Origin: Pelagomonas calceolata
Taxonomy: Eukaryota
Length of the DNA stretch: 64,000 bases
Direction of reading: 5' to 3'
Assembly (NCBI GenBank): GCA_918797485.1
Contig: CAKKNE010000005.1
Coordinates: 4,960,001 to 5,024,000, forward strand
Both the position numbers and the translations under genes were made by a program. Positions 1 through 10,383 of this stretch are shown in pieces (positions within the stretch are counted from its first letter, which is position 1; every line of letters begins with the position of its first letter). The notes beneath the pieces were generated by a model. That model was not told the origin of the DNA. It did not search any database and worked only from the letters and a program-made list of their open reading frames with translations.

Positions 1-2
1 AT

Positions 3-182
3 GTCATTAGGAATGAAATGTTCAAGACGGACCAGTCCCTGGTCACGGTCGTGAAGCGGTTGCAGGGCGACTACGGCATGAAATGGGTGGCGCGCGGCGC
101 GGACAAGAATCTCGTGGGGGTGGCCGTGCCGGTCGCGTGCACGATCTTCTTCACGGACCAGCTGCGACGGGTGGGGCTGTGA
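3..182 (+). CDS. 3' end of a gene entering from the left edge; mitochondrial-carrier-like C-terminus
   Basis: Hand translation from nt 3: VIRNEMFKTDQSLVTVVKRLQGDYGMKWVARGADKNLVGVAVPVACTIFFTDQLRRVGL*. Resembles the third repeat of a carrier protein (..DVIRxxM.., then RG and a hydrophobic helix). Partial. Confidence 0.5.
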   Translation, partial: VIRNEMFKTDQSLVTVVKRLQGDYGMKWVARGADKNLVGVAVPVACTIFFTDQLRRVGL

Positions 183-427
183 CCTTTTGGCGCTTCCGTG
201 CGGCTCTTGGTGGACGTTTGCTTTGCCTAGAGCCAGGCCGCCTAGCCGCGGAGCTCCCTGCGTGACCGCACGCCCTCATACGCCGTCGCCCCGAGTGTTA
301 GCTCGGAGGCGACGACGGCGAGGGGGAGCAGGCCGGACGCCGGAATCCCAAGGCCGCGCCGGTGGCGCATCGGGGGCCGCCGCGGGATAGCGATGTTTAA
401 CTGTTGTATTCTTAACACACACATACC

Positions 428-1837
428 CTACTTCGCCGCGTGGCGCGCAGGGAAGACGGCGTCGAAGTCGTCCTCGTCGGAGGACTGCTGCGACGCGGGC
501 TCCTGGCGCTTTGGGGGCGCCACGACCAGCTCGTCGTCGTCGTCGCTGAGCTCCACGACCTCGCCCTGCGCCCTCTTCTGCGGCGCGGGCGGCCCGCGCT
601 TCTGCGACGCGGGCGCCTTCTTCGCCGTCGCCGCGAGGCACGCCAGCGCGAGCTCGCCGTCGACGCCCGCCTCCCTCACAATGGCCTCCTGCAACCTAGC
701 TGGAGGGTGCGGCAGCCAGCCGTACTCGCGCGCGTTGTTGAAGACGCCGGCCGTCTTGCCCTTGCAGTTCCGCAGGAAGCGCTTCTCAAACGCGACCGCA
801 TCGCCGGCGATGACTTTCTCGCGGACCGCAACGATCCAGTCGGGCCACTTCGACAGGCGCCGCGACCACCACGCCGTCGCCCGCTTGATGTCGTCGGACG
901 CGCTCACGTACTGCGACGAGTACAGGTCCGCGCGGCAGGCGACGGCGGCACACTCGGGCACGTCCCCCAGCGCGCAGAAGATCAATGGAACATAAATCTT
1001 CGACCACGACCGCACCTCGGCACCTAAAGCCCCGCGCAGGACCCAGGCGTCATCACCTAAGGCCGGCACGGGCACTCTGATGGGCTTCACGGTTGCGGCA
1101 CCCGGGCAATTTAGCATCTCTGCGACCGACCGCGTCTGGGGGCGCGTGCGCGGCGGCACGGTCAGCGGCTTCCTCTTCGACGTGTCCCACGAGTCCACGG
1201 CGGACCGCTGGCGCTCGGCGTCAGACCTCAGACCCGCGGCGGCGTGCGAGGCCGTCGAGCGGATGGCGTCCTTGGCCGCGGCCGCGGCGCTGCCCGGCGA
1301 AGGCAAGGACGCGAGCGACTCGAAGCGCGGCTTTTGTTGAGGCGGCGGCGCGTCGTCGGCGAAGGCGCCGGGTCTTACCGGAAAGGAAACCTTTTCGATG
1401 TCGCGCAGCGCCCCGGCGGCCTGGAGCTGCTTCGCTCGCTTCGAGGCGGCGACGGGCTTGCAGTCTGTGGGTGGGGGCGGCCGCTTCTTCTTCGCGTCGA
1501 CGTCGGACCGCGTCGGGATGCGAAAACCCGTTTTGGGCTTCTGGCTCCAGGGCGTGCCGTCGGCGCGAGGCCACGTTGATGTGTTGGCGCGGTCCTCGCG
1601 GTCCTCGCGGTCCCATCGCGACGGCTTCGATGGCTGCGCCGCGGCCCGCAACTGGTTGCCGCAGGCGACGCATTGATCAGCGTCGCCCGCGTTCAGCAAC
1701 GTGCACTTCGGGCAGGCGACCTGGAGGCCGTCGTCGACGTCGTCGGCGTCGTCGTCGTCGGAGCTGTTGGCGAGGTCGATCGGGCCGGCCTTTTCTTTTT
1801 CTTCGTCGCTGGCGAGGTCGATGACTTTGTGGGACAT
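428..1837 (-). CDS. Hypothetical protein with RanBP2-type zinc finger and SIM-like motifs
   Basis: ORF 428..1936; first ATG at 1837 (MSHKVIDL). ACPKCTLLNAGDADQCVAC matches the RanBP2/NZF finger. VIDL, PIDL and VVELSDD are acidic SIM-like motifs. Confidence 0.7.
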   Translation of the reverse strand: MSHKVIDLASDEEKEKAGPIDLANSSDDDDADDVDDGLQVACPKCTLLNAGDADQCVACGNQLRAAAQPSKPSRWDREDREDRANTSTWPRADGTPWSQKPKTGFRIPTRSDVDAKKKRPPPPTDCKPVAASKRAKQLQAAGALRDIEKVSFPVRPGAFADDAPPPQQKPRFESLASLPSPGSAAAAAKDAIRSTASHAAAGLRSDAERQRSAVDSWDTSKRKPLTVPPRTRPQTRSVAEMLNCPGAATVKPIRVPVPALGDDAWVLRGALGAEVRSWSKIYVPLIFCALGDVPECAAVACRADLYSSQYVSASDDIKRATAWWSRRLSKWPDWIVAVREKVIAGDAVAFEKRFLRNCKGKTAGVFNNAREYGWLPHPPARLQEAIVREAGVDGELALACLAATAKKAPASQKRGPPAPQKRAQGEVVELSDDDDELVVAPPKRQEPASQQSSDEDDFDAVFPARHAAK

Positions 1838-2493
1838 CGTGGGCCAGCCGTGGCGCGCGTACGGCGCGCGGCGGCCGGCTGGGCAATGAGGCTGCGGGGG
1901 GCCCAACTGAGCCTCTGGAGACGCGGCGCGTCCCACCGCTGGACGGATTGTTGTCAGGCGTCTACTGTGGCCTCAGCGAGGGTCTGCAGACCAGAGAGAC
2001 GACCGGTTCGCGCGTCTCAAAGACCGCGCGGCACAGACCATTTTTGTGTGCGGGTTCTAGGCGTAGAGGTTCAGGAGTCTTGCCGTGTTGCCCGTGGCCT
2101 CAGATGCACACGTAGATGGCTCAAATTTAAAACAAACAAAATACTAGTAGCTTTCAAAATCAGATGACAAGTGCCCCCAACGCCTACAAAAACAGGTGCT
2201 GTACACCACCTGTGCGTCATCTCCAGACGCAGCAGCTTACCAACGGCTTGAGATTACCGGTCTCGCCGTCCGTGGAAACTCACGGCGTCAGAGGAGTGTC
2301 GTAGCACGACAAACGGCACTTTGACGAACAACACGGCAACCGGCTGCCGTACGGCCGCACGGGCTTATTGTATAACGCACGGGCCCTAAGCGCCGTGCCG
2401 CAACACGCCGGTCGCCGCGCAGCGTCCAGACCGCGCTCAAACGCCCCGAAAGAAAGAATAGTGCGTCGAGGGACAGCGCCGACGCGACAAAAG

Positions 2494-3057
2494 ATGTCCC
2501 TCGTCCACTTCACCACCTCTCTGGCCAGACGCTACGCCGCCGCCTACGAGGCCAAGCCCATCCAGACCGCCGTCACGTCGGGCGTCGTCATCAAGACGGG
2601 CGCCGACGTCTTCGGGCAGCTCTTCCTCGAGAAGAGGCCACTCGACACGCGACGGACGCTCGCCATGGCCGTGTTCTCGGCGTCGATCGGCGGCTACGGG
2701 AACTACGTCTTCATCCGCGAGGCGTCGAAGCTCGCGTCGGCGGCGGGCGGCGCGCGCGGCGCGCTCGCCGCGGCGGGCGCCGACGTGCTGGCCTACGGCC
2801 CGCTCGTCTACCTGCCGGCGTACACGCTCGCGATGGGCGCGGCGGCGAACAAGTCGCTCTCCGACGCGGCGATGACGCTGCGGCGCCAGTGGCGCGAGGC
2901 GACGGCCTGCTCCGTGGCCATCCTGGGCCCGGCGCAGGCCGTCAACTTCTCGGTCGTGCCCTACGGCCTGCGCCTGCCCTTCATGCTCGGCGCCGCGTTC
3001 GTCTACAACGCAGCGCTGTCGTCGATCAACCTCCGCGCGCTCTCGGCGTCGAGCTGA
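2494..3057 (+). CDS. Mpv17/PMP22 family membrane protein
   Basis: PIQTAVTSG..ADVFGQ, DTRRTLAM, QAVNFSVVPYGLRLPF..YNAALS are typical Mpv17/PMP22 motifs. Confidence 0.85.
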   Translation: MSLVHFTTSLARRYAAAYEAKPIQTAVTSGVVIKTGADVFGQLFLEKRPLDTRRTLAMAVFSASIGGYGNYVFIREASKLASAAGGARGALAAAGADVLAYGPLVYLPAYTLAMGAAANKSLSDAAMTLRRQWREATACSVAILGPAQAVNFSVVPYGLRLPFMLGAAFVYNAALSSINLRALSASS

Positions 3058-3245
3058 CGGCCCCGACGCCCCCCTCCTCCCCAATTCGCCACAAACCCAT
3101 CACATGGATGTCCATACCTCTGTTTTTCTGAACATAAATTGAAGTCTAATGAATCAACAGCACACTTACGCCGACGCCCATCCGACGCCGTCACCGCGAC
3201 GGCGTTGGAGTGGTATAGAGTCACAGGCATGTGGCCACGCGTCAT

Positions 3246-4418
3246 CTAGAACGGCATGCAGCGCCGCCCCAGCTCGATCAGCACCTGCGGGCAGAGGCGC
3301 CCGAGCCCCGGCGTGTCGTCGGCGAAGGGTGCGACGGGCCCGTCGCACCATTTTGATACGGCCTCCAACAAATCCCGGTGCAGGCGCTGGTCGCCCGCGA
3401 AGGGCCGCTCGAGGATCGGGTCCGTGTGCGTCCAGCCCTCGTAGAGCTTTGTATGTACGTCGACGCCCAGATCTTCCAGCGCCGCCGCGAAGTCGAGCGT
3501 CGACTGGGCCGTCGCGCTCTTGTCCGCCGTGCCGTGCAACAACAGCATCGGGGGCAGCTCGACTTCCTCCGCGCGCGCCGCGAGATACGAAGGCGACGCG
3601 AGGAGCATGCCCGCCTCGTCCCCGAAGATGAAATCGAGCATGGCCTGCCCGAAGCCGCGCGCGCGCCAGTGCGCCGCCGTCGCCGGCACGTGGTACGGTC
3701 CAGAAATACCGACAAAGCCTCTCAGATCCGTCGGCCGCCAGTGGACCGGGCCCCTTAATAGTACAAGAGCACAAAGGTGCGCGCCCGCGCTCTGCCCGAC
3801 CAACACGACATTGTCTCTATCGCCGCCGTACTCTTCACATTTCTCGAGGCACCACCCGATCGACAGGTCCACATCCGAAGCCATGCCATGCACATCACAT
3901 TGCGGGCAGTTCCTATAATCGGGCGCGAAGACGAGCACGCCGTGCGCCGCCAACGCTCGTCCGGTCAGCGACGCCCAGGCCTTGTAGCCGATGACCCACG
4001 CGCCACCGCTCACGAAGATGACGGTCGGGGCTTTTTCGCCTCGAATAGCTATCGGCCGGTAGACGTCCGCCGTGTGCCTCACCTTGGGACCGTACCGCAG
4101 CGATCGATCGACCGCTCCACTAAAGTAGTACCGGATACTTCTTGCTAGGGCCGGCGCGCAGAACAGCGCGTACAGGATCAGTCGGATGAAGTTCACGACC
4201 CACAAAGGGGACCCTCGCACCGTCATCCAGGTGAGTCTTACAGCCATCTTCACCACGAGGATCGTCTGCTCCCATCTCGACGGCGTCTTGAAGGACTGCG
4301 TTAAACTGGAAGTGAGCCAGAGGCGTCTAGCTTGCCGCGTGGGCGTCGGCGGCAGGGGGCTCTTGGTCCTATCGGTCGGCGGCGGCGTGCGGGAGCGCGG
4401 GCGTTGTTGTGTTGGCAT
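3246..4418 (-). CDS. Isoprenylcysteine methylesterase (ICME/PCME)-like alpha/beta hydrolase
   Basis: FVSGGAWVIGYKAW, PDYRN, GQSAGAHL nucleophile elbow, LHGTAD, YEGWTHTD, C-terminal RCMPF. ATG at 4418. Confidence 0.9.
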   Translation of the reverse strand: MPTQQRPRSRTPPPTDRTKSPLPPTPTRQARRLWLTSSLTQSFKTPSRWEQTILVVKMAVRLTWMTVRGSPLWVVNFIRLILYALFCAPALARSIRYYFSGAVDRSLRYGPKVRHTADVYRPIAIRGEKAPTVIFVSGGAWVIGYKAWASLTGRALAAHGVLVFAPDYRNCPQCDVHGMASDVDLSIGWCLEKCEEYGGDRDNVVLVGQSAGAHLCALVLLRGPVHWRPTDLRGFVGISGPYHVPATAAHWRARGFGQAMLDFIFGDEAGMLLASPSYLAARAEEVELPPMLLLHGTADKSATAQSTLDFAAALEDLGVDVHTKLYEGWTHTDPILERPFAGDQRLHRDLLEAVSKWCDGPVAPFADDTPGLGRLCPQVLIELGRRCMPF

Positions 4419-4586
4419 TTTTTCTTGCTTGCTGCCTTTTTTGGGTTTTGCACTGGTTTGGTGCACGGCTCGGCGCGAGCAGCAAAAACGGCGCAGTGCT
4501 TGCTGCCGTCGAGCGTTGAAACGCGCAGCGCGTGCCCAGCGTGATTTATGCGGCAAAAACTAGCCGAGCCAAAGCTGGCTGCGCTC

Positions 4587-4608
4587 GCTAGTGTCTTACT
4601 GCCGCTAG
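4587..4608 (+). promoter_or_regulatory. CTAG-TGTCTTAC intergenic motif copy
   Basis: GCTAGTGTCTTACTGCCGCTAG; 169 bp from ATG 4418(-) and 168 bp from ATG 4776(+). Confidence 0.8.
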
Positions 4609-4775
4609 GACCGATCCCGGGGCCTTTGTCTCGTGTGTGCGCCTGCTCTGCGCTTTGATGGTCCCAGATTGTATTCACGGGAGTTATTGATCCTGTTCTC
4701 TCGTTTGCCGACCGCTGGTTGCCCACGCGCTGCACCCCAGGCTGCACCACTACCACGCCGCTCCAAGGGAACCGC

Positions 4776-5660
4776 ATGCGCAGCCGCGAAAAGATGTACC
4801 AAGCTTTCGCGCGGAACGACCCTGAGCTGCGCGCGCGGCGCAAGCTCGAGCGGGCGGCCGCGCGGCGCCGCAACGACCAGAACTGGGGCGCCATCTGGGC
4901 CGCGCCCGCAGCGGCGCCCGAGCCTGTCGCAGTGGTGCCGCCGCCCGCATCGCCTGACGACGCCGCGGCGCCGGCACCCGCGCCCGAAACCGCGGCTAGT
5001 GACGCCGAGCCAGCGGCGGCACTGGTTGCGCTTTTGCGAGCACGTGACGAGCCGGCGGCGGCGGCGGCGCTCTCGCACGAGGAAGCCGCGGCGCCACCGT
5101 CATTACACGACGACGCCGAGCCCGCGGCGGCGGAGCCGTCGCACTCGCCGCGTGACGACGCCGCCGCAAAAGCAAGAGCCTTCGCCCAGAAGCGCCAGCA
5201 GCACTACAACATGGCCGGGCTCCTAGGAAGGAAGTGGGATGAGGAAGACGAGATGGAGGACGACGACGCAGCGCCACCGCCACCACACGACGACGCCGCG
5301 GCGCCGTCGCCGCCGCCACCCTCGGAAGACGCCGCGCCACCACCGCCGCCGCACGAGTCGGACGACGAGTCCCCGCCGCTCCGCCTCCCGGCGACGGGCC
5401 AGACGGGCACGCAGTGGTCGCAGTGGACGACGGGCCCGGCGTCGCAGCGCGCGGCGTCGCAGTGGGCGTCGCCGCCGCCGCCGGAGTGGGACGACGCGCT
5501 CCGGCGGCGCCTGCGCGCCGCGGCGCCGGTCGACGCCGCGAACGCGGCCTGCGTGGCCTACGCCGCCGACGAGCGCGCGCGCGCCGCGCTGCCGACGATG
5601 AACGTGTCGCGCGGGGACGTGGACGTGCTGTTCGCGCCCGAGGAGGGGGCTTGGGACTAG
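4776..5660 (+). CDS. Low-complexity Pro/Ala/acidic protein with a phosphatase inhibitor-2-like segment
   Basis: Open frame from ATG 4776. FAQKRQQHYNM resembles the FxxKRKxHYNE helix of PP1 inhibitor-2. Confidence 0.55.
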   Translation: MRSREKMYQAFARNDPELRARRKLERAAARRRNDQNWGAIWAAPAAAPEPVAVVPPPASPDDAAAPAPAPETAASDAEPAAALVALLRARDEPAAAAALSHEEAAAPPSLHDDAEPAAAEPSHSPRDDAAAKARAFAQKRQQHYNMAGLLGRKWDEEDEMEDDDAAPPPPHDDAAAPSPPPPSEDAAPPPPPHESDDESPPLRLPATGQTGTQWSQWTTGPASQRAASQWASPPPPEWDDALRRRLRAAAPVDAANAACVAYAADERARAALPTMNVSRGDVDVLFAPEEGAWD

Positions 5661-5701
5661 GTATGTGAATGTATCTTATGACAGGGGCGCGCGTGGCACG
5701 T

Positions 5702-7346
5702 TCAGTCCATGCCTGGTATTTTGATATGCATGAGAACTGCAAAGCGCCCCTCGGCGGCCTCGCCGAAGTTGACGAAGATGATGCCGTCTTCTAGGGCAGT
5801 TCGCTCGTGGAAGACGTTCGTGTCAATCTTGAGTTCAATCGCCCCCTCGCCGGAGAGGAGGGCGGCGCCCGGCCGCGTGCCTTTGACCGAGGGAATGCCG
5901 ACATAGTAATGAGTTGGATACGGATTCCGTCTGTGCTGAGGAGAATCGTGTTGATGCGTCTGCGGATTGAGTCGTAACTCTGTGGGCATCGCAATGTCGA
6001 CTCGCGTGGCCCTGAGGAGCGTGAAGAGACTTTGCGTCGAAGTCCTTGAGGGGTTTCAAAACGCCATTATCTGTCTGAGGGACGGCGTCCTGGTCCAGAC
6101 TCACAAGTGGCACATTATTTTCCGCCATCACTCTCAACAGCTCGGCGTAGGTCGTGAGAGGCGGCCGCGAGGAGTCGTGGCACTCCGCCCGAAAGTCAGC
6201 GTCACCTAGCTTTCCTATTTTTTGTTCAAACTGGTTGTGCGGTTTCGGGACTTTGTTCGTCCACGCCGTGGGCAGGCGGTGGTCGGAGGCGACGGATCCC
6301 AGGACGAGGCGCAGATCGGCGGCCATCGCCTCGTAGTCATCGGGCGTCAGCGGTTGAGGCGTCTCATTAGTACCCAAAAAGTTGTTGCTAACGACGTGAT
6401 GTTGTACGAGGGAGACATTGGTCACAACAACGGTCAACCGCCGCCCTTTCAGATGATCGAAGAGCGCGCCGAGCGAGTATTTGGTGATCTGAGTGAGCTG
6501 CGCGCGGTCGCAGGGCCCCTTGCCGTTGGCTTCGTCGACGGTCAGCACGCGCGAGTGCGTCATGGCGAGCCCGCGCGAGAGGTCGTCCTGCTCCATCTGC
6601 GAATACCCTAACAGCGTCGTCGCGCCCTCTTTTTGCGCGTCGGACCACGTGGCCGGGCACCGGAAGATCTGGACGTTGTCCGATGCTCCGCCAGGCGGTC
6701 CAACTGGAAGAGATTTTGGTCCGCCAACCGACTGCCGAGCGTGGCGGAACTCGACGGACTCCGCACACCGCTGGAGGAGCTCGCGCGTGAGATTAGCAGC
6801 TTTCCCCGCTTTCTGCCGCGCGATCAACTCCTTCTTGACCGCCTGATCGTTGAGGCCGTCCGACGGGCGGCAGTACAGGTGCTCGAGCCAAGCGCGCGGC
6901 GTGGCTCGGTTTATCGCCGCGGGCCGCGTCACGACGGCCTTGTAGTCCAGGTTCATGGTCTTGCAAACTAAAGGAACCGCACTAGAATGTTTTATGAGCG
7001 TGTCGACCGCGGCGGCCGCACTGCGCTTGAGGACGCCGCGCGACAAGGGCACGTCGTAGTACATACCTGCCACGATGCGCACCGGTTTCGGCGGCACTGG
7101 ATCGTCGATCTCATCGGCCCGGAAGTACTGATGCGGCTGGGCGCGTAGCGCGTGCCGCTCGCCGCTCTTGTCACTGACGCACACTAAATATTCGAGGACC
7201 TTATGTCTTGTGTCGCCGCGTAAACGGCAGTACGGAAGCGGCTTACAGATGATGTTCGCGCCTTCTTCGGTGTTCACGTAAAATGCCGCGTTCGCGCCAT
7301 ATTTTGCGAGGTGCTGCGCCGCCGTTAGCCGTTCCTTGGGCGGCAT
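5702..7346 (-). CDS. Hypothetical protein (503-aa ORF 5835..7346), 3' end possibly frameshifted
   Basis: Long ORF of normal composition starting MPPKERL. After ~6030 protein-like sequence appears in other frames (ORFs 5791..5994 and 5702..5989). Confidence 0.55.
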
Positions 7347-7627
7347 ATTTTTTACCGCGCCGCTGTATGGATGAAACTTCTTTAGCGCCTCGGCGTTGAG
7401 CTTCTTGGCCGACGGCTAGCGAGCGCGCTGCTTCTACACGCTCCTTTACGAAGCGCGAGCGTGTGCCTGAGAGCACCAAGGCCTCTCCTTGCTGTTTAGC
7501 TACGTAACTTGTACGAGCGCTTCCGAGCGCGTGCGTGGGCTTGAGAGCTGGTGTTTAGCACGCGTTAGAGCACCGCGCGGCCGTGCTGTCGCTGAGTTTG
7601 GTTGTGCGTGTGGCCTGTTTGTTGTTT

Positions 7628-7650
7628 CTAGTGTCTTACTGGCCGCTAGC
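7628..7650 (+). promoter_or_regulatory. CTAG-TGTCTTAC intergenic motif copy
   Basis: CTAGTGTCTTACTGGCCGCTAGC upstream of 7346(-) and 7823(+). Confidence 0.8.
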
Positions 7651-7822
7651 CTTTATGCTGGAAAGAGTGAAACGCGGCACGTGCGGCGTTTGGACGTCGG
7701 TTGTTGCCGAAAGACGCCGCTACAGTGAGGAGATCAAGCTCCGGTGAAACTCCGATTGGAGCGGTGCCGCATAAAAAAAAATAGAGAGGGCTACCACAAG
7801 CCCAGCATGTCCAGGTTGATTT

Positions 7823-8092
7823 ATGCACAGGTTTCTCGTCGAGTTGTCGGACGGCGAGTACGCGCTGGAGCGCGCGCCGGATGCAGTCGGCGGCTACTGT
7901 ATCCTGAGCTACACGCCGGGCCCGCCGGGCTACGTCAGCATCGTCGTCGTCAAGCGGGCCGGCTCGGATAACCAGGCCGGCCGCGGCTGCTGCGTCCAAT
8001 CGGCGGACGAGGCGCTCCTGCCGTCGAAGCCGTCCTCGGAGACGCTCCTTGAGTTCTCGGAGGCGTCGTCTTCTCCGGCGGCGGCGGCGTGA
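7823..8092 (+). CDS. Small hypothetical protein, probably a last exon
   Basis: GC3-rich frame FLVELSDGEYALER... begins after an acceptor-like TTGATTTATGCACAG (ends 7830). True start uncertain. Confidence 0.4.
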   Translation: MHRFLVELSDGEYALERAPDAVGGYCILSYTPGPPGYVSIVVVKRAGSDNQAGRGCCVQSADEALLPSKPSSETLLEFSEASSSPAAAA

Positions 8093-8119
8093 GCTGTGGG
8101 TAAAACTAGTACTTATGAA

Positions 8120-9086
8120 TTACATCGCCGCGTCGCATCGGACGAGGCACGAAAGGTCCATACACTCCGCCGCGACGTCGGGCGCGTCTGAGAAGCCGAT
8201 GTGCTTGCGGTTCGCGCGCTGCTTCTGGAACGTCGCGGTGTTTAACTCCTTCCATCGTACCGTATTGCCCCCGACTTTCTTGAAGGTCTCGGCGCGCCAT
8301 TGTTTCGCCGAGGCGGCGCGCTTCCGTGCCGCAACGCCGGACGCCGCGGCCTCGCATTCAGATCGGAGGTACACTTGGTCGCCGCCCGTTGAGCGCCATC
8401 CGCGCGGAAATTCGTCGTCTCGTAGGGCGTAGACGTGTCGTGCCAAGTCGGCGGTAACGAGCGCATACCTTGGTAGGCGCTCGCACGACTCACAGAGCCG
8501 CACCGCGAGCGGCGGGAAGATATATGGTGAAGGCTGTGAGCACTCGACGCAGCAGCCCTCACTGACTGTCTTCGGCCGCGACGACGACGGCGACCGGACG
8601 GCGCGCGCCGGGTCTGGCGGCGGCAAGGGCGGCTCTTCGGGAGCCGCGCGCAGCTCGTCGAGCCGCGACCGCGCTCGCATTGCGCCTTCCGCTCCCAGGA
8701 CGCTCAGCATCGCGTCGTCGACCGTCGTGGCGTTTAATGATAATAATTCGTCGAGGCTGCCGCCATCGTCGACCGACAGCTCGAGCGCGCCTCCCAACCT
8801 TCGCAGCTGCTTCCGGGAGGCCACGCTCGCCAGCGCGCTGGCCACGTCCATCTCACTTTCCTTCCTCGGGTGCTTCCTCGAGTTCGTCGAGGTGCGAAGT
8901 GACGACCAACTCCGCGTTCCGATTCCAACCCACGTTGTCGTCGCCCACAACGACCTGTACGACTTGGCCCACGACGGCTTTGATGACGCCGTGGCCGCCG
9001 CCCTGGTAGTCCGGGAGTGCCACGCGCAGGCCGACGAAGGACTCGCGCCACGCCTTTTCCTCTTCGCGCGACGCGCTTTCGTCCAT
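8120..9086 (-). CDS. XPA-like zinc-finger protein; apparent single-base frameshift near 8860
   Basis: CCVECSQP..LCESCERLPRYALVTADLARHVYALRDDEF..VYLRSECE resembles the XPA C4 finger plus LITKTEAKQEYLL..LYL region. Upstream frame (ATG 9086, stop 8853) and downstream frame (8120..8950) overlap at GAGGAAGGAAAGTGAGATG. Confidence 0.55.
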
Positions 9087-9299
9087 TAATACTTCCGCGC
9101 GCGCGAAGGCTTCGAGCGCTGCGACGGCGTGCACCTTTTGCCTCAGCTGGCAATGTGCAGCAGCGCAGTTCGCAGGGCGCAGCAGCGCAGTTGCAGGCGC
9201 GCAGTTCGCAGCGCTCGCAGCGGTATTACAGAGTACAGACACACGTCGGCCGCCTTTTTGCGGATAGCTAGCGTTGCTCTTTGTGCGGCCCAAGGCGTA

Positions 9300-9319
9300 G
9301 CTAGCTGTAACACACTAGC
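9300..9319 (-). promoter_or_regulatory. Degenerate CTAG-TGTCTTAC motif copy
   Basis: Reverse complement GCTAGTGTGTTACAGCTAGC; 214 bp from ATG 9086(-) and 222 bp from ATG 9541(+). Confidence 0.6.
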
Positions 9320-9540
9320 TGGCACAGCCAAAACACAAAAAAAGGCCCGCCTCCGCCTTGCTATTGCCTAAGGCGTGCTGTTCTATTGTTTAGAACTGTC
9401 TGCCAAAAAGCTCTCCCGTCGCTGACGCGAGCACGCCTTCGAGCGTGCGCTACAGAGCCTCAGATTTGAGCACTCTGCTGGTCAGCCTCGCCGCCGGCGC
9501 GTGCGCGCTACAGATTCAAAAACAGAGCTCACAACAGAGC

Positions 9541-10260
9541 ATGACGGCCCGCCCGCTCCTCGTGTCCGAGAGACAAAAGGGCAACCCCCTCCTCAAGCAC
9601 CTCAAAAACGTGCCGTGGAAGCACGACGCGACCATCACCCCGGATTACGTGCTGGGGGATAGAAACTGCGCGGTCTTCATTTCTATAAGGTACCACATGC
9701 TCAAGCCCCAATATCTTGGTAGAAGATTAGCTGAATTGAGGGCCGAGGGGAGCCGCTGGCGGCTGCGTGTGCTCCTCTGCCTGGTGGACGTCGAAGATGC
9801 GACGAAGGCATTGCACGAACTGAACATCCTGGCACTACGCATGGACTGCGTGCTGTTCCTGGCGCACGGCCCGCAGGAGGCGGCGCGGTACTTAGAGTGC
9901 TTCAAGGCCTACGAGAAGAACTCGGCGCAGTGCATCAGAGAACGCGTCGACCCGTCGCACGCCGGGCAAGTTGCGGATGCGTTGCAGGCCATCAAACCGT
10001 TAAATAGGACGGACGTGGCTACTTTGTCAAATAGATTCGCGACGTTCGGCGATTTATTACGGGCGAACCTCGACGATCTGCGCGCTTGTCCCGGGCTGGG
10101 CGACAAGAAGTGCTCGCGGCTGCACGACGCGTTCGCGCGGCCCTTCGACGCCGCGCCGGCCGCGCCGCCGGTCGCCGCGCCGCCACCGCCGCCTCCGGAA
10201 ACGGCGCCGCCACCGCCTCCGGAAACGTCTCCGGATGACCCGGACGCGACCCAGGACTGA
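9541..10260 (+). CDS. ERCC1: DNA excision repair protein ERCC1/Rad10
   Basis: LVSERQKGNPLLKHLKNVPW, PDYVLG, FISIRYH, LRVLLCLVD, EAARYLE..KAYE, and HhH motif CPGLGDKK. Confidence 0.95.
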   Translation: MTARPLLVSERQKGNPLLKHLKNVPWKHDATITPDYVLGDRNCAVFISIRYHMLKPQYLGRRLAELRAEGSRWRLRVLLCLVDVEDATKALHELNILALRMDCVLFLAHGPQEAARYLECFKAYEKNSAQCIRERVDPSHAGQVADALQAIKPLNRTDVATLSNRFATFGDLLRANLDDLRACPGLGDKKCSRLHDAFARPFDAAPAAPPVAAPPPPPPETAPPPPPETSPDDPDATQD

Positions 10261-10383
10261 GCTCGCTTGCTGTCATGTTTGTGTGTAAATGTATCTCAGG
10301 AGTAAGGGCGTTCAAGTACTTGCACATGCCAGGGGTACTACCCAAGAGTTATATGATGTCCTTAGGAAGGGGTGCCAAAAATA

